A stretch of 64,000 bases of DNA, from NCBI GenBank assembly GCA_043756865.1, contig JAYUQG010000019.1:101467-165466 (forward strand), written 5' to 3'. Each line of letters opens with the position of its first letter. The first letter of the stretch is position 1. Positions 57,073 to 64,000 of this stretch are shown here, one piece after another. The position numbers were made by a program, and so were the translations under genes. The DNA comes from a bacterium (lineage in GTDB: Bacteria; Patescibacteriota; Minisyncoccia; Phycocordibacterales; UBA6899). The notes under the pieces are model-generated. The model saw nothing but the letters and a program-made list of their open reading frames with translations. It was not told the DNA's origin and did not search any database.

Positions 57073-58266
57073 ATGCGTTTATTGCAGAGGAAACAAAAAG
57101 CGGGGCAACACTTCATTATCATTTTTGACATTGGGAGTGCATCAATTGGTGGTGCTTTCGCAAGTGTCGACGGTTCACGTATTCCTGAAATTATTTTTAC
57201 CACAAGAAGGGATATTCCATTTCAGGAAAAACTCAACTTCCAACGATTTCTTGACTCCATGATTAAAACACTGGAGGAAATGTTTGTATCCATGCAAAAA
57301 GCGGGGGGTGGGGTCCGCGTAAGCCGCGCTTTCTGCGTACTGGCATCACCATGGTATGCATCTCAAACACGTCTTGTGCACTATGAGCAGCCTGCGCCCT
57401 TTACCGTCACCGAGAAGGGCTTGAGCAAGCTTATTCAGAAGGAAATCGACCTGTTTCGCGACTCCAAGCTTTTCTCTCGCTCCAAGGTAGGTGATGCACT
57501 TCCGGAAATAATGGAGTCCAAAAACATTCAAATGAAACTGAATGGCTATGAAGTGCAGACGCCATTCGGCAAAAAAGCGTCCGAGCTGGAGGTCGCCCTC
57601 TATATCAGCATGATTCCCGCAAATATTCATCGCTCGATTAATGAATCAATTGTAAAATTTTGGCACACTCCGACTGTGCACTTTTCTTCTTTTTCTTTCT
57701 GCGCCTTCGATACTATTCGTGACATATTTACTGACGAGTCATCTTTCCTCTTTATGGATATTTCCGGAGAGGTTACCGATATCTCCCTCGCGAAAGACAA
57801 CGTACTACTGGAATCCATCTCATTTCCCGCCGGAAAAAACATGCTCATCCGCGCGCTGGTGAAGGGAATGAAGTCCACTCCAGCGGTCGCTATTTCAGAA
57901 ATGAACCTCTATCTTGAGGGCAAAGCTACCCGCGAACACGCAAAACAGGTTGAGGAGATCCTCAACGAGGAAAGCAAAGAATGGTTATTATTCTTTGAGG
58001 ACGCCCTATCACAGTTTGCTACGGAATTCCCCATTCCCCGCACTATCTTCTATACGGCTGACGATTCTGTGACAAAATGGTTTGAAGGTGCTCTCCACGA
58101 TGCAAATTTTTCTAGATTTTCTCAGGAAGAAGGGCAATTTATGATTCGCTCACTGGGTAATACCTTCCTCAATAAGTTTGTCCAAGTAGATGAACCAAAC
58201 TTCCAAGACCCATTCCTCGCCATTGAAACTATCTTTGCGAATAAGTTCACCAATCTGGTAAAATAA
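57073..58266 (+). CDS. Divergent FtsA/PilM-like actin-fold protein
   Basis: IIFDIGSASIGG, LNGY, MDISGEVTD; ATG is 6 nt after TATAAT. Confidence 0.7.
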   Translation: MRLLQRKQKAGQHFIIIFDIGSASIGGAFASVDGSRIPEIIFTTRRDIPFQEKLNFQRFLDSMIKTLEEMFVSMQKAGGGVRVSRAFCVLASPWYASQTRLVHYEQPAPFTVTEKGLSKLIQKEIDLFRDSKLFSRSKVGDALPEIMESKNIQMKLNGYEVQTPFGKKASELEVALYISMIPANIHRSINESIVKFWHTPTVHFSSFSFCAFDTIRDIFTDESSFLFMDISGEVTDISLAKDNVLLESISFPAGKNMLIRALVKGMKSTPAVAISEMNLYLEGKATREHAKQVEEILNEESKEWLLFFEDALSQFATEFPIPRTIFYTADDSVTKWFEGALHDANFSRFSQEEGQFMIRSLGNTFLNKFVQVDEPNFQDPFLAIETIFANKFTNLVK

Positions 58267-58272
58267 ACCCAC

Positions 58273-59814
58273 ATGGCTAAATATCTCATTCAAGACATCA
58301 TTCCTAAGGAAAAAAAACGCATTACAAAGACCATCACGTCGACGGCTCACACCGTGCACAAGCGCGGCCCCAGACCAAGCCTGCCGACTCATGAGACTCT
58401 GGTACACCCCGAGGAGCACCGTACACCACTCCATCATGTTGTGCCCCCCCCTAACGAAATAGATGCGACGCCCGAAGACCCGCGCACTATTATTTCTCGG
58501 GAGATCGAGAAAGCAGAAGTTTACACACCCACGACACTTTTAACCCACAAAGAGCTAGAGACGCCCAAATTATCCAGTGAGGGTGAATGGCCATACAACA
58601 ACCCCAGAGGAACAACAAATTCATTTGTACACAAAATTGACACTGATGATGATACCAAAGGATTCTGGGGTAGCTGGATACCATGGATTGTTATTTCGGC
58701 TATCATCCTAATAGGTGCCGCTTTTGCATTTAATGCCTTTGCGCAATCGTCAATCTCAGTCATTCCAAAACGTGACATCATTCCGATGGACCAGATGTTG
58801 AGTGCATCGAAAACACCCGCAGAGGGAGCATTGGGATTTGCGGTGATGAAAATCGCCTCAAGCGAAACGCGCGAGGTCGCTGCCACGGGGGAAAAAGCGG
58901 TTACCGCAAAAGCATCAGGACGCATTGTCATTTACAATGAACAAACCACTACCCAACGACTTATCAAGAACACGAGGTTCCAAAGTCCGTCAGGAAAAAT
59001 TTACCGCATAAATGAGTCCATAAACGTTCCCAAGGCCACAGTAAAATCAGGCAAAGCAGCACCTGGCACCTTTGAAATTACAGTGTACGCAGACGAAGCT
59101 GGAACAGAGTACAACTCTGAGCCTGTTGACTTTACTGTTCCAGGACTCAAGGGGTCAGCAATTTACGAGAAGGTCTATGCGCGATCCAAGGGTCCACTCA
59201 CTGGTGGTGCGTCGGGTACAATCAAGTCTGTTTCTGATGCAGATCTCAAGCAGGCAGGAGAGGACTTACGTATCCAACTTGAAACAGCACTTCGGACCAA
59301 GGCACGAGGTGACCTCGCGCCGAGCCAAATTGCTTATGACGGGGGAATAGTCCTCAAGCTGAGCCAAGCAGCCCTATCTAAGGCACCCGCCTCCAGTGCA
59401 GAGAAAGCTGTCGTTGCGAGCGACGGAGAAATTTATCTTGTCACCTTTGACCGCGAGTCGCTCACCAAGGCAATTATGCGCACTTTGGTACCAACGTATG
59501 CCGGTGAGCCTATTGTTATCAAAAATCTTGAATCATTTAGCATCACAATTGCCAAAATGACGGCCGAGGAGCTCTGGAGCAAGGATGAACTTGAGTTTTT
59601 CATCAAAGGAACACCCGAGGTTGAGTGGGTTATTAACACTGCGGAAATCACCAACGCACTGCTTGGCACCCCAAAAGACAGCTTTAATGCCACTCTTTCA
59701 AAATTCAAGACAATTGAACGAGCGAAAGCCAACGTGAGACCACGCTGGAAAAGTGTATTTCCTAGTGAACCCGAGCAAATTACCGTCGAAATCGTTGAAT
59801 CTATTCCCAAATAA
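58273..59814 (+). CDS. Single-TM protein with baseplate-J-like extracellular region
   Basis: Disordered N-terminus, TM, then KASGRIVIYN, LIKNTRF, VYADEAGTEYN, LTGG. Confidence 0.65.
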   Translation: MAKYLIQDIIPKEKKRITKTITSTAHTVHKRGPRPSLPTHETLVHPEEHRTPLHHVVPPPNEIDATPEDPRTIISREIEKAEVYTPTTLLTHKELETPKLSSEGEWPYNNPRGTTNSFVHKIDTDDDTKGFWGSWIPWIVISAIILIGAAFAFNAFAQSSISVIPKRDIIPMDQMLSASKTPAEGALGFAVMKIASSETREVAATGEKAVTAKASGRIVIYNEQTTTQRLIKNTRFQSPSGKIYRINESINVPKATVKSGKAAPGTFEITVYADEAGTEYNSEPVDFTVPGLKGSAIYEKVYARSKGPLTGGASGTIKSVSDADLKQAGEDLRIQLETALRTKARGDLAPSQIAYDGGIVLKLSQAALSKAPASSAEKAVVASDGEIYLVTFDRESLTKAIMRTLVPTYAGEPIVIKNLESFSITIAKMTAEELWSKDELEFFIKGTPEVEWVINTAEITNALLGTPKDSFNATLSKFKTIERAKANVRPRWKSVFPSEPEQITVEIVESIPK

Positions 59815-59924
59815 GAATGAATAATTCATGACTCGACAAGTTGCCATGACTATGTCTAAATTTGTATTTTTAGATGACTTTGGGCTTAAGCAAATCTCAT
59901 CCACACATTTTGGCACAAACGGGG

Positions 59925-59953
59925 TTGACCGACCTTGTAGCCTTTGCTAGTAT
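59925..59953 (+). promoter_or_regulatory. Sigma-70 promoter of the infA-alpha operon
   Basis: TTGACC-N17-TAGTAT with TG extension. Confidence 0.6.
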
Positions 59954-59970
59954 CTGGAAACCTTTTTGAC

Positions 59971-60192
59971 ATGAGTGAAGACAAGACAAAAGATGCCCAG
60001 CAGATCATAGGAACGATAACGGAAGCGTTGCCGAATACTATGTTCAGAGTTAAAGCAGAGAACGGCCAAGAATTACTTGCCTATCTTTCTGGAAAAATGC
60101 GTATCCATCGTATTAAGGTCTTGGTGGGTGATAAGGTGTCGCTTGAAGATAATCCATACGGAGGAAAGCTCCGAATCGTCAAGCGAATGTAA
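59971..60192 (+). CDS. infA: Translation initiation factor IF-1
   Basis: EALPNTMFRV, LSGKMR, GDKV. Confidence 0.95.
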   Translation: MSEDKTKDAQQIIGTITEALPNTMFRVKAENGQELLAYLSGKMRIHRIKVLVGDKVSLEDNPYGGKLRIVKRM

Positions 60193-60265
60193 GTAGTTCT
60201 ATAAATGTGGAATGATCTCGTGTGGTTTTTAGGCCACGACGAGAATTGTTTTTATTCTATCTATC

Positions 60266-60379
60266 ATGCGCGTAAAAGCATCCGTAAAAAAAATTTGTGC
60301 GAAATGTAAATCCGTTCGTCGACACGGGGTTCTTTATGTCATTTGCGCAAATCCGCGCCATAAGCAGAAGCAGGGCTAA
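60266..60379 (+). CDS. rpmJ: 50S ribosomal protein L36 (not in ORF track)
   Basis: [37 protein letters not shown]. Confidence 0.97.
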   Translation: MRVKASVKKICAKCKSVRRHGVLYVICANPRHKQKQG

Positions 60380-60390
60380 TTTTTTTCATC

Positions 60391-60771
60391 ATGCGTATCC
60401 TTGGTATCACCGTTCCGGAAAATAAGCAGTTGTGGGTAGGACTCACAGTCTTTTATGGCATTGGTTTCACTACCGCAAAGAAGATCCTCAAAGAAGCAGG
60501 GGTGCCCGAGACAAAAAAGCCGGCTGAAATTTCAACCGACGAAGAGACAAAAATCAGAAAGCAGATCGAGGGTATGAAAATCGAAGGAGATCTGAAGCGT
60601 GAGAAGATTGCAAATATCAAGCGCCTCAAGGATATCAAGTCATACCGTGGCATGCGTCACGCACGAGGACTACCAGCTCGAGGTCAACGCACGAAGACCA
60701 ACTCACGTACCGTGCGTGGTAACGTGCGCAAGACGATGGGTAGCGGTCGTCGTAAGCTCGAGAAGAAATAA
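60391..60771 (+). CDS. rpsM: 30S ribosomal protein S13
   Basis: YGIG, YRGMRH, LPARGQRTKTNSRT. Confidence 0.97.
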   Translation: MRILGITVPENKQLWVGLTVFYGIGFTTAKKILKEAGVPETKKPAEISTDEETKIRKQIEGMKIEGDLKREKIANIKRLKDIKSYRGMRHARGLPARGQRTKTNSRTVRGNVRKTMGSGRRKLEKK

Positions 60772-60803
60772 TCACCTGTAATTAACAACGTAAGCAACGC
60801 ACA

Positions 60804-61238
60804 ATGGGTAAGAAACGAATAGTCAAAAAAGCAGGGGGTAGTGTCGACCAAGGATTGAAAGCTCGGTCACTTTCGCGTGTTCCCAAAAAGAAGATTACGC
60901 ATGCCGTCTTGCACATCCAGTCAACATACAACAACACCATCGTGTCGCTTTCGGACACTGAGGGCAGGGTGCTCATGTGGTCTACATCAGGCTCACTCGG
61001 CTTTAACGGCGCCAAGAAGGGTACTCCATTCGCAGCTGCGAAAATAGGGGAGCTTCTTGCAGAGAAGGCCCAGCTTATGGGACTCAAGTCGGTTGATGCG
61101 ATAGTCAAGGGCGTAGGGAGTGGACGCGAGTCAGCCATACGCGCGTTTATCGCAAAGGGGGTCGAAATCCAGTCAATCAAAGACAAGACACCAGTTCCAC
61201 ACAACGGTCCTCGACCAAAGAAACCTCGACGCATTTAA
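60804..61238 (+). CDS. rpsK: 30S ribosomal protein S11
   Basis: STYNNTI, KKGTPFAA, GRESAIR, PVPHNG. Confidence 0.97.
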   Translation: MGKKRIVKKAGGSVDQGLKARSLSRVPKKKITHAVLHIQSTYNNTIVSLSDTEGRVLMWSTSGSLGFNGAKKGTPFAAAKIGELLAEKAQLMGLKSVDAIVKGVGSGRESAIRAFIAKGVEIQSIKDKTPVPHNGPRPKKPRRI

Positions 61239-61256
61239 TTATTTCAAGAAGAACAT

Positions 61257-61883
61257 ATGTCTGATCCAAAATGTAAAATTTGCCGACGTGCGGGTGAAAA
61301 ACTCTTCTTGAAGGGAGATAAATGCTTTACCCCAAAGTGTATTTTTGAAAAACGCCCCACACCTCCGGGCAAGCCAATCAGCGAGCGCAAGCACCGCAGT
61401 ATGGTCACTGAATATGGTATTCAACTCAAGGAGAAGCAGAAAATTCGCAATGTCTACGGTGTTTCGGAAAGGCAGTTCCGTGCATACGTAAAGAAGGCCA
61501 GCGAAGAGAAGGGTTCTCCTGTTGACCACTTATTCGAGCACCTCGAGCGCAGACTCGACAATGTCGTATTCAGACTCGGACTCGCTGCAAGTCGCACGCA
61601 AGCACGCCAGATGGTATCTCATGGGCACTTTGTCATCGGAAAGCGCAAGATCACCATCCCATCCTATCGCGTATCAGAGGGAGAAGTAATCATTGTGCGC
61701 GAAGGAAGCCGCACCTCACCACTTTTCACTGGTGCACAGGAGAAACTCACAAAGAACCCTTCTCCAACGTGGATAAGTGTTGACCCTGTCAAACTCTCTG
61801 CCGAAATTAAAGGGGCACCAAAATTTGACCGAAACCTGCTTTCATTTAATGTTCAGACGGTCATCGAGTTCTATAGTCGCTAG
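61257..61883 (+). CDS. rpsD: 30S ribosomal protein S4
   Basis: CKICRR, QLKEKQK, LERRLDNVV, ARQMVSHGH, IEFYSR. Confidence 0.97.
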   Translation: MSDPKCKICRRAGEKLFLKGDKCFTPKCIFEKRPTPPGKPISERKHRSMVTEYGIQLKEKQKIRNVYGVSERQFRAYVKKASEEKGSPVDHLFEHLERRLDNVVFRLGLAASRTQARQMVSHGHFVIGKRKITIPSYRVSEGEVIIVREGSRTSPLFTGAQEKLTKNPSPTWISVDPVKLSAEIKGAPKFDRNLLSFNVQTVIEFYSR

Positions 61884-61951
61884 CAGTATCGGTTCGAATG
61901 TTGTATAATTTTTGAAGTTTACGTTGTTATTAAGCCATAATCGCAATCGCC

Positions 61952-62926
61952 ATGCCTGACTATAATGTCGCCCTGCCATCGAAGCCGAAGCCCGTCCACG
62001 AAGAAGGGTCGATGGGTGTCTATGAAATCGAAGGTCTGTATCCTGGTTACGGACACACGCTAGGAAATTCTTTGCGCCGCATCATATTGTCTTCCTTGCC
62101 GGGAGCTGCTATGACGTCGCTCAAAATTGACGGTGTATTGCATGAGTTTTCAACTGTTGAAGGCATGAAGGAGGATGTCATAACATTCATCCTCAACCTG
62201 AAGAAGGTTCGCCTCAAGATGCATGCCGATGAGCCTCAGACAATCACACTTTCAATCAAGGGCGCTCAAAAGGTCACCGCAAGCGACATCAAGAATGGGG
62301 GACAAGTAGAGGTGCTCAACCCAGACCAATTCATCTGCGAGATGACCGATAAAAATGCTTCGCTTGAAGTAGAAATGAAGGTAGAGATGGGCTTGGGGTA
62401 CCTCGCAAAGGAGGCGATTCAGAAAGAGAAGGTGGAAATTGGAAGCATTGCACTTGATGCAGCATTTACACCTATTCGCCGGGTGAACTACGAAGTAGAG
62501 ACAATGCGTGTCGGTGACCGGACAGACTACAACCGTCTCAAGATTACTATTGAGACAGACGGCACACTCACACCTCGTGCAGCAATAGAGAACGCGATTG
62601 AGATTATGATTCACCAGCTCAAAGCTATCGTCGGATTCAAGGAAGAGGAACTCATCAAAGAAGAGGCTCCCATGGAAATGACCGCGGAAGAGGCTGGGCT
62701 TGAAACAGATGGTGAGGTTGATACAGAGTTTTTAAAGACTCGTATTGACTCACTCGACCTTTCTGCACGCACACAAAACGCACTTACTACCGCAAACATT
62801 CGCACCGTGGGTGGCTTGGTCCGCAAGAAGGAAGAGGATCTCTTGGGACTCGATGGTCTTGGTGAGAAGGGTCTTCAGGAAATCAGGCGCGCACTTTCGA
62901 ATTTTGGAGTTACCTTAAAGCAATAA
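61952..62926 (+). CDS. rpoA: RNA polymerase subunit alpha
   Basis: GYGHTLGNSLRR, HEFS, RVGDRTDY, alpha-CTD LSARTQNAL. Confidence 0.97.
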   Translation: MPDYNVALPSKPKPVHEEGSMGVYEIEGLYPGYGHTLGNSLRRIILSSLPGAAMTSLKIDGVLHEFSTVEGMKEDVITFILNLKKVRLKMHADEPQTITLSIKGAQKVTASDIKNGGQVEVLNPDQFICEMTDKNASLEVEMKVEMGLGYLAKEAIQKEKVEIGSIALDAAFTPIRRVNYEVETMRVGDRTDYNRLKITIETDGTLTPRAAIENAIEIMIHQLKAIVGFKEEELIKEEAPMEMTAEEAGLETDGEVDTEFLKTRIDSLDLSARTQNALTTANIRTVGGLVRKKEEDLLGLDGLGEKGLQEIRRALSNFGVTLKQ

Positions 62927-62948
62927 TAGTCATTTATTCACTACGCGC

Positions 62949-63308
62949 ATGAGACACCACAACAAAAACAAGAAGTTCGGCAGACAAAAGGGGGAGCGAG
63001 AGGCGTTGATGCGCTCCTTGGTGGTTTCGCTTATTACGCACGAAAAGATCATGACGACCGAAGCTAAGGCAAAAGCACTTCGCCCCGCCATTGAGAAGAT
63101 GGTCACTCGCGCGCGCGGAGGTGCGATTGCCGATGTGCGCCTCATCAAATCTCGCCTCAACAACAATACTGCTATTGCGAACAAGCTCGTGAAAGAGATA
63201 GCACCAAAGTATAAAGATGCAAAGGGAGGTTATACTCGTATCACCAAGCTCGGCGCACGAAGCGGACGAGGAGATGCGAGCCCACTTGCAACCATTGAAT
63301 TTATTTAA
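62949..63308 (+). CDS. rplQ: 50S ribosomal protein L17
   Basis: MRH, TTEAKAK, GGYTRI, RGDA. Confidence 0.97.
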   Translation: MRHHNKNKKFGRQKGEREALMRSLVVSLITHEKIMTTEAKAKALRPAIEKMVTRARGGAIADVRLIKSRLNNNTAIANKLVKEIAPKYKDAKGGYTRITKLGARSGRGDASPLATIEFI

Positions 63309-63334
63309 TCACTATTCTCACCAAAAGAACCACC

Positions 63335-63679
63335 ATGGAACACGTCATTGATGCAAAAGGAAAAGCGCTGGGACGCGTCGCGAGCGAGGCGGCAAGTATC
63401 CTTTTGGCGAAGAATACAACTACGGTAAAGAAGAACGCGGTCGCTAATGTGACGGTGCGTGTCAAAAACGCATCTGGACTTTCTATTACCGAGAAGAAAC
63501 TGGTACAAAAGAAGTACCACAGCCACAGTGGATACTTGGGATCGGACCGTTCTCTTTCGCTTAAACACATTATCGAGAAGAAAGGACACGGAGAGGCAAT
63601 CAAGCGTGCAGTGAGGGGAATGCTTCCCACAAATACACTTCGCGACAAACGACTCAAACATTTAATTATCGAGGATTAA
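63335..63679 (+). CDS. rplM: 50S ribosomal protein L13 (short form)
   Basis: IDAKG..LGRVAS, HSGYLG, AVRGMLP. Confidence 0.94.
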   Translation: MEHVIDAKGKALGRVASEAASILLAKNTTTVKKNAVANVTVRVKNASGLSITEKKLVQKKYHSHSGYLGSDRSLSLKHIIEKKGHGEAIKRAVRGMLPTNTLRDKRLKHLIIED

Positions 63680-63683
63680 TCAT

Positions 63684-64000
63684 ATGACCACAGCAACGAA
63701 ACCAAAGGTAGCAAAGAAAGGTGATGTGTACATGGAAGCAGTAGGCCGCAGAAAAACGGCGATTGCACGTGTGCGAGCTTCTATTGCAACAAAAAACTCT
63801 GTCACTGTTAACGATCGCACCATCGAAGTGTATTTTGGTACACGTGAACTCCGCGCAATTGTCATGGCGCCCTTGGATCGCGAGGGCTTTCCTGGAAAGT
63901 ATTCCATCTCTGCAAAGGTCTCAGGAGGAGGTGTGCATGCACAGGCAGAAGCTATCCGTCACGGTCTCTCACGTATTCTCGTAAAAGAAGATGCGCTCCA
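63684..64000 (+). CDS. rpsI: 30S ribosomal protein S9, runs off the window
   Basis: AVGRRKTAIARVR...GGGVHAQAEAIRHGLSR. Confidence 0.95.
   Translation, partial: MTTATKPKVAKKGDVYMEAVGRRKTAIARVRASIATKNSVTVNDRTIEVYFGTRELRAIVMAPLDREGFPGKYSISAKVSGGGVHAQAEAIRHGLSRILVKEDAL

Noticed and set aside
58273-59814. Prophage or contractile injection system
   Set aside because: No other phage structural genes; the protein has a TM and sits in a housekeeping context
1-64000. tRNA/rRNA genes or alternative genetic code
   Set aside because: No cloverleaf or rRNA signatures seen by eye; conserved genes read through with code 11 and TGA ends ORFs normally (e.g. 5673, 14173)

Overview
The window looks like chromosomal DNA of a Patescibacteria (CPR, Parcubacteria-like) bacterium. 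This is inferred from the ~600-aa AlaRS, a short L13, the joined infA-rpmJ-rpsM-rpsK-rpsD-rpoA-rplQ-rplM-rpsI order, stand-alone receiver domains and SD-less core genes. Housekeeping genes (metK under a SAM-I riboswitch, pyk, ychF, leuS with a Nudix insert, mltG, murC, mnmA, galU, pyrH, tsaC, alaS, alpha operon) alternate with accessory blocks. The best candidate for an undescribed system is an ~11-kb block at 34.5-45.8 kb. Its left arm encodes a PAS-PAS-wHTH-like regulator, an ECF sigma, a very basic ~30-heptad repeat-PAS protein, a PAS histidine kinase and two receivers. Its right arm encodes a CAP protein, a stand-alone PAS protein, two DUF3494 ice-binding-like proteins (one with a peptidoglycan-binding tail, one with an LPNTG sorting signal) and a class F-like sortase. 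A decayed IS5-like transposase marks its right edge. Non-coding features missed by the ORF track include synonymously recoded orphan copies of the 3' ends of metK and alaS, two 178-bp MITEs with related TIRs, a two-copy structured element with a compensatory base change, and 7-nt periodic tracts over promoters. No tRNA, rRNA or CRISPR array was seen. All family calls come from motif recognition by eye; no searches were run.
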